Shown: piece by piece, positions 15,626-28,600 of the stretch
How the letters are laid out: each line of letters begins with the position of its first letter
How positions within the stretch are numbered: the first letter of the stretch is position 1
From: the human T2T-CHM13v2.0 reference genome, Homo sapiens
Assembly: GCF_009914755.1 (NCBI RefSeq)
Contig: NC_060933.1
Length of the DNA: 64,000 nt
Direction: 5' to 3' (one strand)
The notes under the pieces: generated by a model
The model's database searches: none
What the model was told of the DNA's origin: nothing
The model's input: only the letters and a program-made list of their open reading frames with translations
Position numbers and translations under genes: made by a program

Positions 15626-16639
15626 TCCATTCGATTCCATTCCATTCCATTCCACTCCATTCTATTTCGTTCCATTCAATTCTATTCCTTACCATTCCAT
15701 TCCATTTCATTCCATTCCATTCCATTCCATTCCATTCCATTGCATTCCATTCCATTCCATTCCATTCCATTGCATTCCATTCCATTCCATTCCATGCCAT
15801 TCCAATCGGGTTGATTCCATTCCTTTCCATTCCATTCGGGTTGAATCCATTCCTTTCCATTCCATTCCACTCCATTCCATTCCATTCCATTCCATTCCAT
15901 TCCATTCCATTCCACTCGTGTTGATTCCATTCCTTTCCATTCCATTCGGTTTGAAGCCATTCCATTCCATTCCATTCCATTCCATTCCATTCCATTCCAT
16001 TGTACTCGGGTTGATTCCATTCCATTGCCTTCCATTCCATTCCATTCCCCTGCACTCGGCTTGATTCCATTCCATTCCATTCCATTCCATTCCATTCCAT
16101 TCTATTCCATTCTATTCGGGTTAATTCCACTCCATTCCATTCCATTCCATTGGAATTGAGTTGATTCCATTCCATTCCATTCCATTCGATTTCATTCCAT
16201 TCCAATCGATTTAATTCCATTCCATTCCATTCCATTCCACTCCATTCCAGTCCCTTCCATTCCATTCCACTCGGCTTGATTCCATTCTATTCCTTTCCAT
16301 TCCATTCCATTCCATTGCAATCACATTGATTCCATTCGAGTTGAATCCATTCCATTCCATTCCATTCCATTCCATTCCATTCCCCTGCACTCGCGTTGAT
16401 TCCATTCCATTCCATTCCATTCCATTCCATTCCATACAATTCCATTCCATTCCATTCCATTCTATTCCATTCCATTCCGTTCCGTTCAGTTCCGTTCCAT
16501 ACCATTCCATTCCATTCTATTCGGGTTAATTCCATTCCATTCCATTCCATTCCATTCCATTCCATTCCATTCCATTCTATTCCATTCCATTGCAATCGAG
16601 TTGAATCCATTGCATTCCATTCCATTCCATTCCATTCCT

Positions 16640-16925
16640 TTCCATTCCATTACGGATGATTCCATTCCATTGCATTCCATTCCATTCCATTCCCCTGTAC
16701 TCGGGTTGATTCCATTCCATTCCATTCCATTCCATTCTATTAGGGTTAATTCCATTCCATTCCATTCCATTCCATTCTATTCCATTCCATTGCAATCGAG
16801 TTGAATCCATTGCATTCCATTCCATTCCATTTAATTCCATTCCATTCCATTCCGGAAGATTCCATTCTATTGCATTCCTTTCCATTCCATTCCCCTGCAC
16901 ACGCGTTGATTCCATTCCATTCCAT
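16640..16925 (+). repeat. ~290-bp module duplicated at ~19845-20130 (offset 3205)
   Basis: Shared TCTATTAGGGTTAAT, TTAATTCC..CCGGAAGATTCCATTCTATTGCATTCCTTT and CCCCTGCACACGCGTT. ORFs start at 16801 and 20006. Confidence 0.8.
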
Positions 16926-19900
16926 TCCATTCCATTACATTACATTACATTCCGTTCCATTCCATTCCATTCCATTCGGATTGATTCTATTCAATTCCCT
17001 TACACTCCATTACATTCCATTCCATTCGGGTAGTTTCCATTCCATTCCATTCCATTCCTCTCCATTCCATTGCACTCGGGTTGATTCCATTCCATTGCAT
17101 TCCATTCCATTCCATTCCATTCCATTCCGTTCCATTCCATTCCATTACATTCGGATTGATTCTATTCAACTCCCTTACTCTGCATTACATTCGATTCCAT
17201 TCGGGTTGTTCCATTCCATTCCATTTCATTCCACTCCATTCCATTGCACTCGGGTTGATTCCATTCCATTCCATTCCATTCCATTCCATTCCATTCCGGA
17301 AGATTCCATTCCATTGCATTCCATTCTATTCCATTCCCCTGCACTCGCGTTGATTCCATTCAATTCCATTCCATTCCATTCCCTTCCTTTCCGTTCCATT
17401 CCATTCCATTCCATTCCATTCCATTCCGTTCCGTTCCGTTCCATTCCATTCCATTCCATTCTATTCGGGTTAATTCCATTCCATTCCATTCGATTGCAAT
17501 CGAGTTGATTCCATTCCATACCATTCCATTCCATTCCATTCCATTCCATTCCATTCCATTCCTTTCCATTCCATTACGGATGATTCCATTCCATTGCATT
17601 CCATTCCATTCCATTCCCCTATACTCGGGTTGATTCCATTCCATTCCATTCCAATCCATGCCATTCCACTCGTGTTGATTCCATTCTTTGCATTCCATTC
17701 AAGTTGAATCCATTCCATTGCATTCCATTCCATTCCATTCCCCTGCAGTCGGGTTGATTCCATTCCATTCCATTCCATTCCATTCCATTCCATTCCGTTC
17801 CGTTCCATTCCATTCCATTCCATTCTATTCGAGTTAATTCCATTCCATTCCATTCCATTCCATTCCATTCCATTCCATTCCAATCGAGATGATTCCATTC
17901 CATTCCATTCCATTCCATTCCACTCCATTCCAGTCCTTTCCATTCCATTCCAATCGGGTTGATTCCATTGTATTCCTTTCCATTCCATTCCATTCCATTG
18001 CAATCGAGGTGATTCCACTGCTTTGCATTCCATTCCATTCCATTCCATTCCGGATGATTCCATTCCATTGCATTCCATTCTATTCCATTCCCCTGCACTC
18101 GGGTTGATTCCATTCCATTCCATTCCATTTCATTCCATTCCATTCCATTACATTCGGATTTATTCTATTCAATTCCCTTACACTCCATTACATTCCATTC
18201 CATTCGGGATGTTTCCATTCCATTCCATTCCATTCCATTCCACTCCATTCCATTGCATCGGGTTGATTGCATTCCATTCCATTCCATTCCATTCCGGATG
18301 ATTCTATTCCATTGCATTCCATTCCATTCCATTCCCCTGCACTCGGGTTGATTACATTCCATTCCATTCCCTTCCATTCCTTTCCATTCCATTCCATTCC
18401 ATTGCAATCGTGTTGATTCCATTCCATTCCATTCCATTCCATTCCATTCCAATCCATTCCAATCGAGTTGATTCCATTCCATTCCATTCCATTCCTTTCC
18501 ATTCCATTCCATTCCATTCGTTTCCATCCATTCCACTCGGGTTGATTCCATTCTATTAGTTTCCATTCCATTACATTCCCTTCCATTCCACTCTGGTTGA
18601 TTCCATTCCTTTCCATTCCACTCGAATACATTCCCTCCTATTCCACTCGGAACGATTCCATTCCATTCCATTCCATTCCATTCCATTCCATTCCATTCCA
18701 TTCCATTCCGTTCCGTTTCTTTCCATTCCATTCTATTCCTTACCATTCCATTCCATTCCATTCCTTTCCATTCCATTCCATTCCATTCCACTCGTTTTGA
18801 TTCCATTGCTTTCCATTCCATTCGGTTTGAAGGCATTCCATTCCATTCCATTCCATTCCACTCCATTCCATTCCATTCCATTCCATTGTACTCGGGTTGA
18901 TTCCATTCCATTGCATTCCATTCCATTCCATTCCATTCCGTTACATTCCATTCCATTCCATGCCATTACACTCGGGTTGATTCCATTCCTTTCCATTCCA
19001 TTCTTGTTGAATCCATTCCATTCCATTCCATTCCATTCGAATCCATTCCATTGCACTCGGGTTGATTCCATTCCATTCCATTCCATTGCATTTCATTCCA
19101 TTCCATTCCATTACATTCGCATTGATTCTATTCAATTCCCTTACACTCCATTACATTCCATTCCATTCGGGATGCTTCCATTCCATTCCATTCCATTCCA
19201 CTCCATTCCATTGCATCGGGTTGATTGCATTCCATTCCATTCCATTCCATTGCGGATGATTCCATTCCATTGCATTCCATTCCATTCCATTTCATTCCAT
19301 TCCATTCCATTCCCCTGCACTCGGGTTGATTCCATTCCATTCCATTCCATTCCATTCCATTCCATTCCATTCCCCTGCACTCGCGTTGATTCCATTCCAT
19401 TCCATTCCATTCCATTCCGTTCCGTTCCGTTCCGTTCCATTTCATTCCATTCCATTCCATTCCGTTCCGTTCCGTTCCATTCCCCTGTACTCGGGTTGAT
19501 TCCATTCCATTCCATTCCACTCCATTCCATTTCACTCGGGTTGATTCCATTCCATTCCATTCCATTCCATTCCATTCCATTCCATTCCATTCCGGAAGAT
19601 TCCATTCCATTGCATTCCATTCCATTCCCTTCCCCTGCACTCGCGTTGATTCCATTCCATTCCATTCCATTCCATTCCATTCCATTCCATTCCATTCCAT
19701 TCCTTTTCGTTCCATTCCATTCCATTCCATTCCATTCCGTTCCGTTCCATTCCATTGCATTGCATTCTATTCGGGTTAATTCCATTCCATTCCATTCGAT
19801 TGCAATCGAGTTGATTCCATTCCATTCCATTCCATTCCATTCCTTTCCATTCCATTACGGATGATTCCATTCCATTGCATTCCATTCCATTCCATTCCCC

Positions 19901-21155
19901 TGTACTCGGGTTGATTCCATTCCATTCCATTCCATTCCATTCTATTAGGGTTAATTCCATTCCATTCCATTCCATTCCATTCTATTCCATTCCATTGCAA
20001 TCGAGTTGAATCCATTGCATTCCATTCCATTCCAGTTAATTCCATTCCATTCCATTCCGGAAGATTCCATTCTATTGCATTCCTTTCCATTCCATTCCCC
20101 TGCACACGCGTTGATTCCATTCCATTCCATTCCATTCCATTCCATTCCATTCCATTCCATTCCATTCCGTTCCGTTCCATTCCATTCCATTCTATTCGGC
20201 TTAATTCCATTCCATTCCATTCGATTGCAATCGATTTCGTTCCATTCCATTCCATTCCATTCCATTCCATTCCATTGCTTTCCATTCCATTACTGGTGAT
20301 TCCATTCCATTGCATTCCATTCCATTCCATTCCCCTGTACTCGGGTTAATTCCATTCCATTCCATTCCAATCCATGCCATTCCACTCGTGTTGATTCCAT
20401 TCTTTCCATTCCATTCAAGTTGAATCCATTCCATTGCATTCCATTCTGTTCGATTCCATTCGATTGCACTCGGGTTGATTCCATTCCATTGCATTCCATT
20501 CCATTCCATTCCATTTCATTCCATTCCATTCCGTTCCATTCCATTCCATTACATTCGGATTGATTCTATTGAATTCCCTTACACTTCATTACATTCCATT
20601 CCATTCGGGTAGTTTCCATTCCATTCCATTCCATTCCATTCCTCTCCATTCCATTGCACTCGGGTTGATTCCATTCCATTCCATTCCATTCCATTCCATT
20701 ACATTCCATTCCATTCCATTCCATTGTACTCGGGTTGATTCCATTCCATTGAATTCTATTCCATTCCATTCCATTCCATTCCATTCCATTCCATTGTACT
20801 CAGGTTGATTCCATTCCATTGCATTCTATTCCATTCCATTCCATTCCATTCCATTCCATTCCATTCCTTTCCGTTCTATTCCATTCCATTACATTCGGGT
20901 TGATTCTATTCAACTCCCTTACTCTCCATTACTTTCCATTCCATTCGTGTTGTTTCATTCCATTCCATTCCATTCCACTCCATTCCATTGCACTCGGGTT
21001 GATTCCATTCCATTCCATTCCATTCCATTCCATTCCATTCCATTCCGGATGATTTCATTCCATTGCATTCCGTTCCATTACATTCCCCTGCAATCGGGTT
21101 GATTCCATTCCATTCCATACAATTCCATTACATTCCATTCCATTCCATTCCATTC

Positions 21156-21195
21156 CGTTCCGTTCCGTTCCGTTCCGTTCCGTTCCGTTCCGTTC
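21156..21195 (+). repeat. (CGTTC)8 variant-pentamer microsatellite
   Basis: Eight uninterrupted CGTTC units within the CATTC background. Confidence 0.9.
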
Positions 21196-22699
21196 CATTC
21201 CATTCCATTCCATTCTATTCGGGTTAATTGCATTCCATTCCATTCCATTCCATTCCATTCTATTCCATTCCATTGCAATCGAGGTGAATCCATTGCATTC
21301 CATTGCATTCCATTCCATTCCATTCCGGATGATTCCATTCCATTGCATTCCATTCCATTCCATTAACCTGCACTCGCGTTGATTCCATTCCATTCCATTC
21401 CATTCCATTCCGGATGATTCCATTCCATTGCATTCCGTTCTACTACATTTGCCTGCACTCGCGTTGATTCCATTCCATTCCATTCCATTCCGTTCCATTC
21501 CATTCCATTCCATTCCATTCTATTCGGTTTAATTCCATTCCATTCCATTCGATTGCAATCGATTTCATTCCATTCAATTCCATTCCATTCCATTCCTTTC
21601 CATTCCATTACTGATGATTCCATTCCATTGCATTCCATTCCATTCCATTCCACTTTACTCGGGTTGATTCCATTCCATTCCATTCCAATCCATGCCATTC
21701 CACTCGTGTTGATTCCATTCTTTCCATTCCATTCAAGTTGAATCCATTCCATTGCATTCCATTCCATTCCATTCCATTCCTTTCTGTTCCATTCCATTCC
21801 ATTCCATTCCATTCAATTCCATTCCATTCTATTCGTGTTAATTCCATTCCATTCTATTCCATTCCATTCCATTGAATCGAGTTGATTCCATTCCATTCCA
21901 TTCCATTCCATTCCATTCCATTCCGGATGATTCCATTCAATTGCATTCCATTCCATTCCATTCCCCTGCACTCGGGTTTATTCCATTCCATTCCATTCCA
22001 TTCCTTTGTGTTCCATTCCATTCCATTCCATTCCATTCTATTCCTGTTAATTCCATTCCATTCTATTCCATTCCATTCCATTGAATCGAGTTGATTCCAT
22101 TCCATTCCATTCCATTCCATTCCGTTCCATTCCATTCCGGATGATTCCATTCCATGGCATTCCATTCCATTCCATTCCCCTGCACTCGGGTTGATTCCAT
22201 TCCATTCCATTCCATTACATTCCGTTCCATTCCATTCAATTACATTCTATTCGGGTTAATTCCATTCCATTCCATTCCACTCCATTCCAGTCCTTTCCAT
22301 TCCATTCCACTCGGTTTGATTCCATTCTATTCCTTTCCATTCCATTCCATTCCATTGCAATCGAGTTGATCCCATTCGAGTTGAATCCATTCCATTCCAT
22401 TCCATTCCATTGCACACGGGTTCATTCCAATCCATTCCATTCCATTGCATTCCATTCCATTCCATTCCATTCCATTCCATTCCACATCATTCCATTCCAT
22501 TCTATTCCGTACCATTCCATTCCATCCCATTCCATTCCGTTGCATTCCATTCCATTCCTTGCCATTACACTCGGGTTGATTCCATTCCTTTCCATTCCAT
22601 TCTTGTTGAATCCATTCCATTCCATTCCATTCCATTCGAATCCATTCCATTGCACTCGGGTTGATTCCATTCCATTCCATTCCATTCCCTTTCATTCCA

Positions 22700-25257
22700 T
22701 TCCATTCCATTACATTCGGTTTGATTCTATTCAATTCCCTTACACTCCATTACATTCCATTCCATTCGGGATGTTTCCATTCCATTCCATTCCATTCCAC
22801 TCCATTCCATTGCATCGGGTTGATTGCATTCCATTCCATTCCATTCCATTCCGGATGATTCCATTCCATTACATTCCGTTCCATTCCTTTCCCCTGCACT
22901 CGGGTTGATTACATTCCATTCCATTCCCTTCCATTCCTTTCCATTCCATTCCACACGGGTTGATTCCATTCTATTCATTTCCATTCCATTCCATTCACTT
23001 CCATTCCACTCTGGTTGATTCCATTCCTTTCCATTCCACTCGAATACATTCCCTTCTATTCCAGTCGGAATTTTTCCATTCCATTCCATTCCATTCCATT
23101 CCATTCCATTCCATATCGTTCCATTCCATTCTATTCCGTACCATTCCATTCCATTCCATTCCATTCCATTCCATTCCATTCCATTCCGGATGATTCCATT
23201 CCATTGCATTCAATTCCATTCCATTCCATTCAATTCTATTAGCCTGCACTCGGGTTGATTCCATTCCTTTCCATTCCATTCCATTCCGTTCCATTCCGTT
23301 CCATTCCATTCTATTCGGGTTATATCCATTCCATTCCATTGCAATCGAGTTGATTCCATTCCATTCCATTCCATTCAATTCCATTCCATTCCAGTCCTTT
23401 CCATTCCTTTCCACTCGGTTTGATTCCATTCCATTGCATTCCATTCCATTCCATTCCCCTGCACTCGGGTTCATTCCATTCCATTCCATTCCATTCCATT
23501 CCATAACGTTCCATTCCATTCTATTCCATTCCATTCCATTCCATTCCATTCCATTCCATTCCATGCCATTCCGCTCGGGTTGATTCCATTCCTTTCCATT
23601 CCATTCGAGTTGAATCCATTCCATTCCATTCCATTCCATTCCATTCTATTCCATTGCACACGTGTTCATTCCATTCCATTCTATTCCATTCCATTTCATT
23701 CCATTCCTTTCCACTCCGTTCCATTCCATTCCATTACATTCGGATTGATTCTTTTCAATTCCCTTACACTCCATTCCATTCCATTCCATTCTGGTAGTTT
23801 ACAATCCATTCCATTCCATTCCACTCCATTCCATTGCACTCGGTTTGATTGATTCCATTTCATTGCATTCCATTGCATTCCATTCCTTTCCGGATGATTC
23901 CATTCCATTGCATTCCATTCCATTCCATTCCCCTGCACTCGGGTTGATTCCATTCCATTCCATTCCATTCCATTCCATTCCGTTCCATTCCATTCCATTC
24001 CATTCCATTCTATTCGGGTTAATTCCATTCCATTCCATTCCATTGCAATCAAGTTGATTCCATTCCATTCCATTCCATTCCATTCCATTCCATTCCAGTC
24101 CTTTCCATTCCATTCCACTCGGGTTGATTCCATTCTATTCATTTCCATTCCATTCCATTCCCTTCCATTCCACTCTGGTTGATTCCATTCCTTTCCATTC
24201 CACTCGAATACATTCCCTTCTATTCCAGTCGGAATGATTCCATTCCTTTCCATTCTATTCCATTCCATTCCATTCCATTCCATTGCATTCCATTCCATTC
24301 CATACCATTCCATTCCATTCTATTCCGTACCATTCCATTCCATTCCATTCCATTCCATTCCATTCCATGCCATGCATTCCGCTCGGGTTGATTCCATTCC
24401 TTTCCATTCTATTCGGGTTAATTCCATTGCATTCCATTCCATTCCATTCCATTCCATTCCATTCCATTCCATTCCATTTCGTTCCATTCCATTCTATTCC
24501 ATACCATTCCATTCCATTGCATTCCATGCCATTCCACTCGGGTTGATTCCATTCCATTCCATTCCATTCGGGTTGAATCCATTCCATTCCATTCCATTCC
24601 ATTCCATTCCATTTCATTCCATACCATTGCACACGGGTTGATTCCATTCCATTCCATTCCATTCGATTCCATTCCATTCCATTTCATTCCATTCCATTCC
24701 GCTCCATTCCATTCCATTACACTCTGATTGATTCTTTTCAATTCCTTTACACTCCATTACATTCCATTCCATTCGGGTAGTTTCCATTCCATTCCATTGC
24801 ATTCCACTCGATTCCATTGCACACGGGTTGATTGATTCCATTCCATTCCATTCCTTTGCATTCCATTCCACTTGGGTTGATTCCATTCCATTCCTTTCCA
24901 TTCCATTCCATTCCCTTGCATTCCACTCGGGTTGATTCCATTCCTTTCTTCCACTCCATTACATTCCCTTCCATTCCACTCAGAATGATTGATTCCATTC
25001 CATTCCATTCCATTTCATTCCATTGCAATCCGTTCCAATCCATTCCATTCCATTCCATTCCACTCGAGTTGATTCCATTCCATTCCTTTCCATTCCATTC
25101 CATTCCATTCCTTTCCATTCCATTCCACTCGGGTTGATTCCATTCTATTCCTTTTCATTACATTCCATTCCCTTCCATGCCAATCTGGTTGTTTCCATTC
25201 CTTTCCATTCCACTCAAATACATTCCCTTCTATTCCATTCGGAATGATTCCATTCCA
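22700..25257 (+). repeat. Dispersed direct duplication, copy B (partner 13160-15625) with ~95 bp extra
   Basis: The offset jumps from 9539 to 9633 across ~24365-24460, where CATGCCATGCATTCCGCTCGGG...CTATTCGGGTTAATT has no counterpart in copy A. Confidence 0.88.
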
Positions 25258-26204
25258 TTGCATTCCATTCCATACCATTCAATTCCATTCCGTTCCATTC
25301 CATTCCATTACATTCGGATTGATTCTATTCAACTCCCTTACTCTCCATTACATTCGATTCCATTCGGGTTGTTCCATTCCATTCCATTCCATTCCACTCC
25401 ATTCCATTGCACTCGGGTTGATTCCATTCCATTCCATTCCATTCCGGAAGATTCCATTCCATTGCATTCCATTAAATTCCATTCCCCTGTACTCGCGTTG
25501 ATTCCATTCCATTCCATTCCATTCCATTGCATTCCATTGCATTCCATTGCATTCCATTCCCCTGCACTCAGGTTGATTCCATTCCATTCCATTCCATTCC
25601 ATTCTATTCGCGTTAATTCCATTCCACTCCATTCCATTACATTCCATTGCAATCGACTTGATTCCATTCCATTCCATTCCATTCCATTCCATTCCATTCA
25701 AGTCCTTTCCATTCCATTCCACTCGTGTTGATTCCATTTTATTAGTTTGCATTCCATTCCATTCCCTTCCATTCCACTCTGGTTGATTCCATTCCTTTCC
25801 ATTCCACTCGAATTCATTCCCTTCTATTCCACTCAGAATGATTCCATTCCATTCCGTTCCATTCCATTCCATTCCATTCCATTTCGTTCCATTCCATTTT
25901 ATTCCGTACCATTCCATTCCATTCCATTCCATTCCATTCCATTCCATTCCATTCCACTCCATTCCATGCCATTCCACTCGGGTATATTCCATTCCTTTCC
26001 ATTCCATTCGGGTTGAATCCATTCCATTCCATTCCATTCCATTCCATTCCATTCCATTCCATTCCATGCCATTCCACTCGGGTTGATTCCATTGCTTTCC
26101 ATTCCATTTGGGTTGAATCCATTCCATTCCACTCCATTCCATTCCATAACATTCCATTCCATTCAATTGCACTAGGTTTGATTCCATTCCACTGCATTCC
26201 ATTC

Positions 26205-27850
26205 CATTCCATTCCATTGCATTCCATTCCATTCCATTCCATTCCATTCCCCTGCACTCGGGTTCATTCCATTCCATTCCATTTACTTCCATTCCATTCC
26301 ATTCCATTCCATTCCATTCTATTCGGGTTAATTCCATTCCATTCCATTCCATTCCATTCCATTCCATTCCATTCCATTCCATTGCAATCGAGTTGATTCC
26401 ATTCCATTCCATTCAATTCCGGATGATTCCATTCCATTGCCTTCAATTCCATTCCATTTCCCTGCACTCGGGTTGATTCCATTCCATTCCATTCCATTTC
26501 ATTCCATTCCATTTCGTTCCATTCCATTCTATTCCGTACCATTCCATTCCATTCCATTCCATTCCATACCATTCTATTCCGTTCCATTCCATTCCATTCC
26601 ATTCCATTCCATTCCATTCCATTCCATTCCATTCCATTCCTTTCGATTCCATTACATTGCACTCGGGATGATTCCATTCCATTCCATTCCATCCTATTCC
26701 ATTCCATTCCATGACACTCCACTCGGGTTGATTCCATTCCTTTCCATTCCATTCGAGTTGAACCCATTCTATTCCATTACACTCCATTCCATTCCATTCC
26801 ATTCCAGTCCATTCCATTCCATTCCATTCCATTCCATTCCATTCCATTCCATTCCATTGCACACGATTTCATTCCACTCCATTCCATTCCATTCCATTCC
26901 ATTCCATTCCATTCCATTCCATTTCGCTCCATTCCATTCTATTCCGTACCATTCCATTCCATTCCATTCCATTCCATTCCATGCCATTCTACTCGGGTTG
27001 ATTCCATTCCTTTCCATTCCATTCGAGTAGAACCCATTCCATTCCATTCCATTCCATTCCATTCCATTCCATTGCACACGGGTTCATTTCATTCCATTCC
27101 ATTCCATTCCATTCCATTCCATTCCATTCCATTTCGTTCCATTCCATTCTATTCCATACCATTCCATTCCATTCCATTAGACTCCATTCCATGCCATTCC
27201 ACTCGGGTTTATTCCATTCCTTTCCATTCCATTCGGGTTGAATCCATTCCATTCCATTCCATTCCATTCCATTCGATTCCATTACATTGCACTCGTGTTG
27301 TTTCCATTCTATTCCATTCCATTCCATTCCATTCCATTCCATTCCATTCCATTCCATTCCATTCCATACCATTCCACTCGGGTTGATTCCATTCCATTCC
27401 ATTCCATTCGAGTCGAACCCATTCCATTCCATTCCATTCCATTCCATTTCATTCCAATCCATTGCACACGTTTTCATTCCATTCCTTTCCATTCCATTCT
27501 ATTCCATTTCGTTGCACTCCATTCTATTCCGTACCATTCCATTCCATTCCATTCCATTCCACTCCATTTCATTCCATTCCATGCCATTCCACTCGGGTTT
27601 ATTCCATTCCTTTCCATTCCATTCGGGTTGAATCCATTCCTTTCCATTCCATTCCGTTCAATTCCATTCCATTGCACTCGGGTTGATTCCATTCCATTCC
27701 ATGCCATTCCATTTCATTCCGTTCCATTCCATTCCATTACATTCGGATTGATTCTTTTCAATTCCCTTACACTCCATTTCATTCCATTCCATTCGGGTAG
27801 TTTCCATTCCATTCGATTCCATTACACTCCATTGCATTGCACTCGGGTTG
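26205..27850 (+). repeat. Dispersed direct duplication, copy B (partner 9470-11510), lacking ~400 bp
   Basis: The offset changes from ~16730 to ~16335 across the block, consistent with a ~400-bp indel corresponding to ~9900-10290. Confidence 0.85.
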
Positions 27851-28600
27851 ATTGATTCCATTCCATTGCATTCCATTCCATTCCATTCCATTCCGGATGA
27901 TTCCATTCCATTGCATTCCATTCCATTCCATTCCCCTGCACTCGGGTTGATTCCATTCCATTCCATTCCATTCCATTCCGTTCCATTCCATTCCATTCCA
28001 TTCCATTCCATTCTGTTCAGGTTAATTCCAATCCATTCCATTCCATTCCATTCCATTCCATTCCATTCCATTCCATTCCATTGCAATCTAGTTGATTCCA
28101 TTGCATTCCATTCCATTCCATTCCATTGCATTCCATTCCCCTGCACTCAGGTTGATTCCATTCCATTCCATTCCATTCCATTCCATTCCATTCTATTCGC
28201 GTTAATTCCATTCCATTCCATTCCCTTACATTCCATTGCAATCGAGTTGATTCCATTCCATTCCATTCCATTCCATTGCATTCAAGTCCTTTCCATTCCA
28301 TTCCACTCGTGTTGATTCCATTTTATTAGTTTCCATTCCATTCCATTCCCTTCCATTCCACTCTGGTTGATTCCATTCCTTTCCATTCCCCTCGAATACA
28401 TTCCCTCCTATTCCACTCGTAAAGATTCCATTTCATTCCATTCCATTCCATTCCATTCCATTCCATTCCATTCCATTCCATTTCGTTCCATTCCATTCCA
28501 TTCCGTATCATTCCATTCCATTCCATTCCATGCCATTCTACTCGGGTTGATTCCATTGCTTTCCATTCCATTTGGGTTGAATCCATTCCATTCCATTCCA

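Noticed and set aside
16740-16745. TTAGGG hexamer (also ~19945 and ~37118)
   Set aside because: These are single copies produced by a C>A change in ATTCGGGTT, not a telomeric tract.
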